Shown: piece after piece, positions 19,014 through 27,171 of the stretch
How the letters are laid out: each line of letters opens with the position of its first letter
Position numbering within the stretch: the first letter of the stretch is position 1
Made by a program: the position numbers and the translations under genes
Notes under the pieces: generated by a model
What the model was told of the DNA's origin: nothing
Seen by the model: the letters and a program-made list of their open reading frames with translations, nothing else
Database searches by the model: none
Assembly (NCBI GenBank): GCA_964556975.1
Contig: CAZKYQ010000004.1
Location: forward strand, 1 to 47,689
DNA: 47,689 nt
Origin: an uncultured Ignavibacteria bacterium
Lineage (GTDB): Bacteria; Zixibacteria; MSB-5A5; UBA10806
Direction: 5' to 3'

Positions 19014-20134
19014 AAGTCGCATATCTAATATTAAACAGTTTTGAGTTCGACACCAGGGCAAGGCTGGAAGTGGAAGCCATTGGGCGCATGGGGCATGATG
19101 TCGAGATTATCGCCACTGTCGGCGGAGATTCCGAAAATTATAACGGTTTTCCGATACACAGAATTAAGCAATACACATGGCCATCGAGAAAGATAAGATT
19201 TTTACAATATAATTTTATTGCCGCGCGGATCGCGGCGGGGATGAAGGCCGACTTGTATCACGCGGTTGATCTTGATGTATTATCGGCGGCGCGCTGGGCG
19301 GCAAAAAAGACTGGCGGCAAACTTTTATATGAAGCCAGGGAATTATATACGGAGCTGGAACCATTAGAAGGCAGAGATATCATAAAGGCAATCTGGCGGA
19401 GACTGGAATCGAAATTGATCGGAAAGGCGGATAAGGTCATTACGATTAATGAATCACTGGGCCGGGAATTGTGCGAAAGATATGGAATAGACCCTCCCGC
19501 TATAATTAGAAACGTCGCGATAAAATTGAGAGATATTACGCCGATTGATCTTCGTTCAAAGTATGATATTCCGGACGATCATAAGATAATTCTTTATCAG
19601 GGGGTCTTAAGGCGAGGGCAAGGGATACATTATCTAATAGAAATAATGCGACATCTTGAGAAAACGGTTGTATTATTTATCGGGGACGGCCCGATTGGAG
19701 AGGAAATCAAGAGAATATCCGTGGATGCAAGAATTGAAAATAAAGTGAGATTCGCGGGAAGGGTTTCTCCCGACGAGCTTTCGAACTATACGGCGGCGGC
19801 CGATTCGGGAATACTTCTTATGGAAGATGCCGCTTTAAATAATAAATTGGCATTACCGCAGAAACTGTTCCAATACCTAAACGCGGGTATTCCTCAAATC
19901 GTATCGCCGATGCCGGAGATATCAGGTTTTGTTTTGAAGGAAAAAACAGGCATTGTCGTTCAGTTTGGGGAACCCCAAAAAGCGGCCTCGGAGATTTCGG
20001 CATTTCTTTTTAATTATGCCCGTTTTAGCGAAACAAAGGAAAATTGCGAAATCTCGGCGCGGCAAAACAACTGGGAAAACGAATCTGTAAAGCTTGTGGA
20101 AATATACAGGGAGCTGGATAGCAATAATGATTAA
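19010..20134 (+). CDS. Glycosyltransferase family 4 (GT-B fold)
   Basis: 374 aa. TTG start overlapping the upstream TGA (TTGA). Typical MKVAYLILN N-terminus and C-terminal LPQKLFQYLNAGIPQIVS nucleotide-sugar binding block. Confidence 0.8.
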   Translation: MKVAYLILNSFEFDTRARLEVEAIGRMGHDVEIIATVGGDSENYNGFPIHRIKQYTWPSRKIRFLQYNFIAARIAAGMKADLYHAVDLDVLSAARWAAKKTGGKLLYEARELYTELEPLEGRDIIKAIWRRLESKLIGKADKVITINESLGRELCERYGIDPPAIIRNVAIKLRDITPIDLRSKYDIPDDHKIILYQGVLRRGQGIHYLIEIMRHLEKTVVLFIGDGPIGEEIKRISVDARIENKVRFAGRVSPDELSNYTAAADSGILLMEDAALNNKLALPQKLFQYLNAGIPQIVSPMPEISGFVLKEKTGIVVQFGEPQKAASEISAFLFNYARFSETKENCEISARQNNWENESVKLVEIYRELDSNND

Positions 20135-21053
20135 GTATTCAATTATGATAATAACATATAATCAAAAGGAAATATTATCCAAGGCGCTTCGAAGCATCGC
20201 CAAGCAGATAAACAATCCGAAATTATTCGAAATAGTTATAGCTGATGATTGCTCAACAGACGGGACCGAAGAATTCGTAAAAAAACAAAGGCTTCCGATT
20301 TTTATGAAATATATAAAATCGAATAAAAATGTCGGCCGCTCAATAATTCGCAATATGGGTTTTAAAAAAACGGTGGGAGAACAGGTCCTTTTTTTAGATG
20401 GCGATATGGAGCCGTCTTCGGATATGATCGCCGCCTATTTGAAATCATGGGAATCACACCCGGAGGCCGTAATAGTCGGCGCATGGAAAACGCCCAAAGA
20501 ATTAGAGGGCAACAGAGTATTACAATATATTTTATCCAGAGGCAGGTTCCGTCAAAATGAGGATGGGCCGATACCCGGACAATATTTTAACAGCGGCAAT
20601 TTTTCCATCAGAAAAGAAACATTTGAAAAACTCTCCGGTTTCGATCTTGATTTCGAAGGCTGGAAAGGGGAGGACACGGATTTCGGGCTTCGGCTTGAGA
20701 AAGAACATGTTCCGATAAGATATAATCCCCATGCGGTTTCATTTCATTATCATTCGAAAACTCTCGCGGAAATGGAATCGGAATATGAGCGGTTTGGCCG
20801 CACGAGCTATAAGATACTTTTGAAAAAACATGGGGCATCGGCGATATTTAAAAACGGCTGGATGGTCGGATTGCCGGATCCCGGTATCGGACCATTGAAA
20901 AAAAGTATTAGATGGTTTCTTTCGCCATTTATTTCAGAAATGGCAATTTCTGCTCTTAAAAAATTAGCGTTGCTGAAGGGTGGAAAATATTCTTTCGATT
21001 TTTTCTATAGCTGGCTGCTTTTTGGCTGCATGATACGCGGTTTTAAAAAATAA
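20127..21053 (+). CDS. Glycosyltransferase family 2
   Basis: Start moved from 20094 to ATG 20127 (MIKYSIMIITYNQKE...), an 8-nt overlap with the upstream stop. ADDCSTDGT and the DXD motif (LDGDME) are typical of GT2. Confidence 0.85.
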   Translation: MIKYSIMIITYNQKEILSKALRSIAKQINNPKLFEIVIADDCSTDGTEEFVKKQRLPIFMKYIKSNKNVGRSIIRNMGFKKTVGEQVLFLDGDMEPSSDMIAAYLKSWESHPEAVIVGAWKTPKELEGNRVLQYILSRGRFRQNEDGPIPGQYFNSGNFSIRKETFEKLSGFDLDFEGWKGEDTDFGLRLEKEHVPIRYNPHAVSFHYHSKTLAEMESEYERFGRTSYKILLKKHGASAIFKNGWMVGLPDPGIGPLKKSIRWFLSPFISEMAISALKKLALLKGGKYSFDFFYSWLLFGCMIRGFKK

Positions 21054-21058
21054 AAATA

Positions 21059-22555
21059 ATGAACGTTTATCTTCGCAATTTAATTCTGATTTTAATATTA
21101 GTTGTTTCAGCGGTCTATTGTATTTATTTTTTCAACGGCTACCTGGGGCTTCACGATGGCAATGACTATGCGGGGCTGGCAAGAAATATTGTGCGGGGAG
21201 AGGGATTCAGCCTTGGACATTTGTATCCGCTTGCCTTTACGTTTTCACATGATATGCCTCAGCCAAATAACTTATGGGCGCCGGCTTATCCTGTTTATCT
21301 CGCGATTTGGTTTTATATGTTTGGCGCGAACGATACGACAATCCTATTGGCGACAATTATCGCGATATGGCTGCTTGTTCTTGCCGTATATTTAGTCGCG
21401 CGAAAGCTTGTCGGGGCGGATTGGGCTGTTTTGGCCGCCGCGTTGATTGGATTGAATCAAAGCGTATTGGCGACAGCCCTCGAAGGTTCGCCCGAAATGC
21501 TGACCGGGGCGCTGCTTCTTTTCGCGATCCTGCCTTTGATAAATAAATCAGGCATCTTTAAAGTCGTAATTTCGGCAGTTGTTTTTGGCTTGGCTGTTCT
21601 GGCAAGATATCAGATAATCATCCTGGCTTTGCCCATCTTGCTATTTTTATTTGAGAGAAATATCAAATTAAAAGTTGCGTGGGCATGCATTGTGGTATTG
21701 ACCCTATCACCCTGGCTTGTCAGGAATTTTATTCTTTTCGGAAATCCATTTTTTACCATGCAGGCTTATGGAGAATTCACTAAGGGGATGGGGCATTTAA
21801 AATACTACTATTATACGTACAGATCATTTGCCCAGATGGGTCTGTGGTACGCCGTTTCTAACTTTCCATTTTACATGTTGAAGAAATTCGTTGCGGGAAT
21901 AGCGTTCTTTTCATGGTGGACGATGGTTATATTGAATTTCTTCGGAATAGTGCCGCTGGCTTTAGCGGCGATGAAGAATAAAATAGCCGGATATTCTCAA
22001 TCCGAGTTCATTAAATTCGCGTTAGTGTCGTTAATGTTAGTAGTAATAGTGTCATCATTTGACGGCATACATCTTCGCCACCTTGTTAATGTTCAAGGAT
22101 TATTGGCCATTTCAATTGTTATTGGCATTATGCTGTTAAGGGACCAAATTCAATTATTTCAAAAAAAATGGGTTCTCGCGGCAATTTTATTTTTATTGGT
22201 AATTCCGTCCCGGTTCCCGTTTCTGGAAAAGGAGCTTATTGCCAACGCGCGAACTGTCGAGGCGAACAAGAAAGTATATGAACGGCTATCTGAAATAAGC
22301 TGTCCCGGTGATGTTATTGTTTCTGACGCTTCGGATGCTGTCTGGTGGTATTCCGACCGGCTTTCAATCTGGATACCGGTTGTTTACGATGACCTGAAAT
22401 CCCTGATGAAGATCCAGAGAGTTGATTTTATATATTTTGAGAAAACATCGGATTTCTTAAGCCGGTTAGAAGATGAAGAAGTCGTTGATTTTTTTAACAT
22501 GGCGTCAATTGTTGACGGTTCGGAGATTGGCTGGAGCATTTACAAGGTTAATTGA
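21059..22555 (+). CDS. Polytopic membrane glycosyltransferase, GT-C fold (ArnT/PMT, GT39/GT83-like)
   Basis: 498 aa with about 11-13 hydrophobic segments. The first periplasmic loop HDGNDYAGLARNIVRGEGF resembles the D-x-Y acidic loop of ArnT/PMT_2 proteins. It has a roughly 100-aa soluble C-terminal domain. Confidence 0.55.
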   Translation: MNVYLRNLILILILVVSAVYCIYFFNGYLGLHDGNDYAGLARNIVRGEGFSLGHLYPLAFTFSHDMPQPNNLWAPAYPVYLAIWFYMFGANDTTILLATIIAIWLLVLAVYLVARKLVGADWAVLAAALIGLNQSVLATALEGSPEMLTGALLLFAILPLINKSGIFKVVISAVVFGLAVLARYQIIILALPILLFLFERNIKLKVAWACIVVLTLSPWLVRNFILFGNPFFTMQAYGEFTKGMGHLKYYYYTYRSFAQMGLWYAVSNFPFYMLKKFVAGIAFFSWWTMVILNFFGIVPLALAAMKNKIAGYSQSEFIKFALVSLMLVVIVSSFDGIHLRHLVNVQGLLAISIVIGIMLLRDQIQLFQKKWVLAAILFLLVIPSRFPFLEKELIANARTVEANKKVYERLSEISCPGDVIVSDASDAVWWYSDRLSIWIPVVYDDLKSLMKIQRVDFIYFEKTSDFLSRLEDEEVVDFFNMASIVDGSEIGWSIYKVN

Positions 22556-22576
22556 AAGGCGGGAAAATACCGGTTC

Positions 22577-23773
22577 ATGAAGATTTTAATTGCGACAACA
22601 AGTTTTCCATTGAAACCGGGAGACAGCCTATCGCCATTTTTATGGGAATTTTGTCTGGGGTTAAAGGCGCGCGGGTGGGACGTAACTGTTGTAGTGCCGC
22701 ACCATAAAGGAATTGAAGAAAAAGAGGTTTGGGATGGCATAGAGATTATCAGGTTTAAATATCTTCCTGAGAGATTCGAAGACCTGGCCTATTCCGGCGG
22801 CCTTCTGCCAAACGTAAAAAAAGACCCGCTACAACTTTTGAAGCTGCCGTTTTTTATATATGCTATGTATCGAACGGTCAAGAATTTGTCATTGGAGCGC
22901 CGGTTTGATCTTGTCAATTTCCATTGGCTTTTCCCAGCATCGTTCTGGCTCGGCCGATATATTAAGAAAAGCGGTTTACCTGTGGTTTTAACAGGGCACG
23001 GAACAGACATTCATCTGGCCATAAAATCCCCATTTAAGATATTCGCGAACTCCGCCCTGAAAGCATCATCGGCTCTTACGATAAACAGCGGCTATATGAA
23101 AAGGATTATTGGCAATCAGAACATCCCCGATTGTGTGGAAATTATTCCCATGGGGACCAATACGGATAAATTCAAGCCATCAGGCAAAAGCCCCTCAAAA
23201 TCAAGAACGGTCCTTTTTATAGGGAGGCTAATAAAACAAAAAGGCATTGACTTGTTATTAGAGGCATTCAGACAATTAAAACAATCTTTTCCCGAAGCAA
23301 AACTTGAAATTATCGGGTATGGCCCGGAGAAGAATTCGCTTCTTGAAAAAATAAACCTGTCCGATCTCTCCGGTTCGGTGCAAATGCTCGATGCTTTAGG
23401 CCATGAGTTATTGGTGGAAAAATACCAATTTGCCCGCGTTCTGGCATTGCCATCTTTAATAGGCGAGGGTTTTGGAATGACTCCCGCGGAAGCGGCGTCT
23501 TGCGGAATTCCGACTATAACTTTTGGGCTGGGAGGAACATCGGAACTGGTTGTTAATGAAGAAACGGGACTGATTGTGAAACAGGATGCTCAGAGTTTCG
23601 CCGAAGGCCTGATAAGGCTGTTTTCCGACGCCGATTTAACAGATGCGCTGGGAAGAAAAGCGCGTTACAGGATTGAGAAAAATTATAACTGGGACGTTAT
23701 ATCTGATAAATTTAATCGGCTGTTTCAAAAGATCGTTCAGAACCATGAAGATAAAAAAAGCCCGCCTCATTAA
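22577..23773 (+). CDS. Glycosyltransferase family 4 (GT-B fold)
   Basis: 398 aa. N-terminus MKILIATTSFP... and the EGFGMTPAEAASCGIPTI...E block are typical of Glycos_transf_1. Confidence 0.85.
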   Translation: MKILIATTSFPLKPGDSLSPFLWEFCLGLKARGWDVTVVVPHHKGIEEKEVWDGIEIIRFKYLPERFEDLAYSGGLLPNVKKDPLQLLKLPFFIYAMYRTVKNLSLERRFDLVNFHWLFPASFWLGRYIKKSGLPVVLTGHGTDIHLAIKSPFKIFANSALKASSALTINSGYMKRIIGNQNIPDCVEIIPMGTNTDKFKPSGKSPSKSRTVLFIGRLIKQKGIDLLLEAFRQLKQSFPEAKLEIIGYGPEKNSLLEKINLSDLSGSVQMLDALGHELLVEKYQFARVLALPSLIGEGFGMTPAEAASCGIPTITFGLGGTSELVVNEETGLIVKQDAQSFAEGLIRLFSDADLTDALGRKARYRIEKNYNWDVISDKFNRLFQKIVQNHEDKKSPPH

Positions 23774-23812
23774 TAACGATAATGAGACGGGATTCTTTTG
23801 GAGAAAACCGCT

Positions 23813-26233
23813 TTATTTCAATAAAGTCATTTGTTTTATTGAAACTAAGTTTCCGCAAGTGAATTTGAAAAAATATATTCCGCTGGCTGTCTGTCCATGA
23901 TCTTGATTTAGGCCGTTCCAGGCAACCCGATTTCTTCCTGGCTCGTATATTTCCGAAGCGAGTTTTGTAACGAGCCTTCCGCCAATATCATAAATATCTA
24001 TATCGACTTGGGCTTGATTAGGAAGGTCGAACTCTATGATTGTTGAATTGTTAAATGGATTCGGGTAATTTTGAAATACCTCTGGCGAGGTAGGCAGAGT
24101 AATTTCATCATCTATTCCGGCAGGCGTGCCCAGAACGACTTCAAGCTGGGCCGGTATGAAATTCGGTTTTGTGGCGGTTACTGTCATTACGCCATCGAAT
24201 AAGGGAGTGATTCCGAAATTAACAATGCCATTTTCATCAGTAAACGCAGTACCGTAAATATCACCGGGCAAATACATGCAGACTTTAACGCCCTGAACCG
24301 GGTTGCCATCGTTTTGGACTGTATATTCAAGCACTTGCGGTTCTCCGAGTTCAAATTCTGTTGGGCCGTCCATCGTTAAATAACCGTCAACTGATGTCCA
24401 CATGCACATCTCAGGATCGCCGAAAAGAGTATGGCCGTAGCCTATGTCTCTATAGCTGGGATAATCTATCTTGGACAATGCCTCGGCCTCAGAAATTCTA
24501 CTGGTTGAATCATTAAAGATATGTGTTAGGAACTTTCTTTCTAAATTATATGATGATGACACCCATCCCCAGCGGGTATTTCCGAGAAATGCCACGCCTC
24601 CGCCTGGCTCAAAAAGGTAAGCTTCGGCATAGGTGACCGTTGTAGCGTAAGGGTTAGGCGATAAAATGCCCTTATCGAAATCCAACGCGCCAAGATCACA
24701 GCTAATCGAATAATGGATAGCCGGTTGATTGTTTGTCGTTAACTGGATCAACCCGCCGCACGCGCCCCAGTTTGGAACTATTGTACTCCAAACTCCGGAC
24801 CAACCGTAATTATTATATCCTTGTGATTTTGAGGCGTACCATTCAGGGCTTCCATGATTAAGATTAGAGATAAATCCCCAGCCTTCATTCATTATATTGA
24901 TAACCTCATACCCATAAGGGCCAGTAGGCAATGGCGAACCGCCGCTCGGCATTTCTTCGAGTCTGTTTACATCGACTGTAAAACTGTTTGGAATTAATTC
25001 GGCTAAAACATAATGCTGTCCATAATCCCTCATCTGATCGGCGGTTATAAATAGAGCTTTTGTAAGGTAGGATGGATCGCCGTTGCCCGGATATTTTTCA
25101 TAAAGGATCGCCTTATTGCCCCAGATTTGTGCCTGGCTCATATTTCTGGCCGGGACCCTTCCGACATAAAGCTCAGGAAAAATATCAGGATTGTCCTGGT
25201 AAGACTCGCCCCAGACTCCGTCTCCATCAACATCCCAATCGCCGGAAAGATCGGAATAATACATATCGGAAATCTGCTGATAATTGAGTCCGGGCTCGTA
25301 GCCGTTGACATTGCCGGGGTAAAGATATCGTATCGGAACAACATCTTCATCGCCTCCCAAAAGCACCCATCTTATTCCATCGTTATATGCTTGTATCAGG
25401 TAGTTTCTCAGTTGTTCGGCTGGGTCAACGCCGGAAACAGTAGCCAAAATATCTTCAATTAAAACTAAATCAGTCGGAACGCCTTTCTGGTTTTTCCATT
25501 CAAGAAACGGATAAAACCCGGGAGCAATCGCGCCGGAGGTTATTATAAGGTATTCTGCCATCGGTATGCTTGTAGGGATTATCGGGGGATCTCCAGCTGG
25601 CGGTAATCCAATAATCGTGGGAATTTCCGGCTTATTAGAGGCGCTTTTTTGGACAGATTTATAAGCGACAATATCGCTTTTCGGATTTAATCCAAATTCG
25701 AAGGGTTTGGCCTGCAATTCAAAATGTACGGTTATCTTCGGATATAATATTATTTCGCCGGATAAGGGCCTGTATCCAATAGGGTATGCCGCGAGATTGA
25801 CAAGATGTATATCGCCCCAGTTTCCCTTATTAAGTATTTCGATTCTTTTGGCCGGATAAATTTCATTTGATCCATAGATAGTTTCATCGGGCATAAAGGC
25901 AGTATCAGCCGGATAATTGCCGGTTTTTAGATCGCCGACAACATAATCAATTGATGTAGCGCCGATTGAAACAGGTTCTGATAATTCAATCGAATAGCCT
26001 GTCACTATTTTATCGGAAGGCAAGACCAATTTCACCGTTTTATACCCCAATTGAGGCACTCCGGGCGTGGCCAGTATCAGGCCGCCATCGATTGTCACGT
26101 TTGTTCCATTATTATTCACGGCGCTTTGGTCCGTAATAATCGTATATGAATACTCACTTTCAGCCCAGGCGTTTGTCATCATTAGAATCGCTATTACTGC
26201 GGTAAAAATTTGGGTTCGGAATTTATAAAACAT
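23813..26233 (-). CDS. Peptidase family C25 (gingipain-like cysteine protease) with T9SS-type C-terminal sorting domain
   Basis: The track ORF begins at a TTG (26284). I prefer ATG 26233, 5 nt after the AAGGAGGGA Shine-Dalgarno sequence, giving MFYKFRTQIFTAVIAILMMTNAWA (signal peptide). EYLIITSGAIAPGFYPFLEWKNQKGV is a C25-type block. Candidate His/Cys dyad in NLNHGSPEW and SISCDLG. C-terminus NYPNPFNNSTIIEFDLP...IDIYDIGGRLV...SGIYFFKF... Confidence 0.8.
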   Translation of the reverse strand: MFYKFRTQIFTAVIAILMMTNAWAESEYSYTIITDQSAVNNNGTNVTIDGGLILATPGVPQLGYKTVKLVLPSDKIVTGYSIELSEPVSIGATSIDYVVGDLKTGNYPADTAFMPDETIYGSNEIYPAKRIEILNKGNWGDIHLVNLAAYPIGYRPLSGEIILYPKITVHFELQAKPFEFGLNPKSDIVAYKSVQKSASNKPEIPTIIGLPPAGDPPIIPTSIPMAEYLIITSGAIAPGFYPFLEWKNQKGVPTDLVLIEDILATVSGVDPAEQLRNYLIQAYNDGIRWVLLGGDEDVVPIRYLYPGNVNGYEPGLNYQQISDMYYSDLSGDWDVDGDGVWGESYQDNPDIFPELYVGRVPARNMSQAQIWGNKAILYEKYPGNGDPSYLTKALFITADQMRDYGQHYVLAELIPNSFTVDVNRLEEMPSGGSPLPTGPYGYEVINIMNEGWGFISNLNHGSPEWYASKSQGYNNYGWSGVWSTIVPNWGACGGLIQLTTNNQPAIHYSISCDLGALDFDKGILSPNPYATTVTYAEAYLFEPGGGVAFLGNTRWGWVSSSYNLERKFLTHIFNDSTSRISEAEALSKIDYPSYRDIGYGHTLFGDPEMCMWTSVDGYLTMDGPTEFELGEPQVLEYTVQNDGNPVQGVKVCMYLPGDIYGTAFTDENGIVNFGITPLFDGVMTVTATKPNFIPAQLEVVLGTPAGIDDEITLPTSPEVFQNYPNPFNNSTIIEFDLPNQAQVDIDIYDIGGRLVTKLASEIYEPGRNRVAWNGLNQDHGQTASGIYFFKFTCGNLVSIKQMTLLK

Positions 26234-26668
26234 CATTCCCTCCTTCAAAAGAAAATTTGCGAATTCGAGAACAAAGTTATGCAATAGCAGTGCCGTAAAA
26301 TTCGGGGGGTTAACAACTTGAAACAGGTTTCGTAAAGGCTTATTCTACAATAGGATAAGCGGGCATGAAGATAGGCATTTTGCCGGATTATCGGGTTGGA
26401 TTTCGATTTCAGTATAGGATCAATCCCATACTGTTTGATGAAATGCAATTAGTATCGAAAGAGTTGAGATATAATGGCAGATCGCCCCAAATGGCCGGAT
26501 AGAAACCATGTTATTCTGGAATCTGTTATATCTCATAAGGTTGCCGAAGAGACAAAATAAATTAGTAAATGAAAACCACTTAAAAACACCGTGAAAAAGT
26601 TATCAAAAGAAAATGATTGCTGTATCGCTATATATTTGAAAGGAATAGGATTACAACACTTTTTTTGC

Positions 26669-26698
26669 TTGACTCTTATACGTCGAAATGGCTTATTT
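26669..26698 (+). promoter_or_regulatory. Candidate sigma70-type promoter of the dcw operon
   Basis: TTGACT at 26669..26674, with a weak AT-rich -10 candidate (TTATTT, about 26693..26698) 18 nt downstream. That would place the transcription start within the TGGG repeats. Confidence 0.3.
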
Positions 26699-26722
26699 GT
26701 GGGTAAAAGTGGGAGATTTGGG
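26699..26722 (+). promoter_or_regulatory. Candidate MraZ operator: three TGGG direct repeats
   Basis: Sequence is GTGGGTAAAAGTGGGAGATTTGGG. TGGG recurs with 10- and 9-nt periodicity and ends 4 nt before the mraZ ATG at 26727. This matches the known MraZ site architecture (TGGGN repeats at roughly 10-nt phase). Confidence 0.5.
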
Positions 26723-26726
26723 TAAG

Positions 26727-27170
26727 ATGAAAACTTTTAAGGGCACGTTTAAGCATACAATCGATCATAAGAGCAGATTCAACATTCCGGCAAAATTCAG
26801 GGGCAACCCGGAATTGCCGGATAGCGATTATTTTGTGATTGTTCGCGGTTTTGAAGGCTGCCTTTATTTATATCCGCATTCGTCGTGGCAAAAGATTGAA
26901 GAAAAACTTGCGGGTTTAAAAACATTATCCGATCCCAAAGCGCGCTATTTCGTCAGGCTTTTATTATCGAACGCGGCCGACGCCAAAATCGATAAGCAGG
27001 GGAGAATAGCCATACCCCAAAACTTACTGGAATTGGCGGGGATAAGCAGGGAAATCATTATTCGAGGAGTTTTTGATAAAATTGAATTGTGGGACCCCAG
27101 CAGGCTTAACGAATATGAATCGGGACAGCCGGACTCCTATGAGGACGTGGCTGGCCAACTTTTAATTTAG
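26727..27170 (+). CDS. mraZ: Transcriptional regulator MraZ
   Basis: Start moved from 26688 to 26727. MKTFKGTFKHTIDHKSRFNIPAKFR fits the canonical MraZ N-terminus, and there is a second DxxGR repeat (IDKQGRIAIP). The extension from 26688 would read through the operator repeats. Confidence 0.9.
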   Translation: MKTFKGTFKHTIDHKSRFNIPAKFRGNPELPDSDYFVIVRGFEGCLYLYPHSSWQKIEEKLAGLKTLSDPKARYFVRLLLSNAADAKIDKQGRIAIPQNLLELAGISREIIIRGVFDKIELWDPSRLNEYESGQPDSYEDVAGQLLI

Positions 27171-27171
27171 C

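Noticed and set aside
21102-21546. 97-aa and 90-aa alternative-frame ORFs inside the GT-C membrane protein gene
   Set aside because: They are out-of-frame overlaps with a long hydrophobic ORF, and their Arg/Cys-rich translations are typical of off-frame reads.
23643-23900. 85-aa plus-strand ORF spanning the GT4/C25 convergent gap
   Set aside because: It overlaps the 3' ends of two well-supported genes in other frames, has no Shine-Dalgarno sequence, and its translation is featureless.
14566-26233. Glycan/T9SS block as a horizontally acquired mobile island
   Set aside because: I found no integrase, transposase, tRNA target, flanking direct repeats or obvious compositional break by eye. The first gene overlaps lnt. 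I treat the block as accessory-like but not demonstrably mobile.
26365-26502. 45-aa ORF MKIGILPDYRVGF... treated as a real small gene
   Set aside because: It has no Shine-Dalgarno sequence, no recognisable family, and overlaps a second short frame. It is more plausibly non-coding or a gene remnant, and is mentioned only within the spacer finding.
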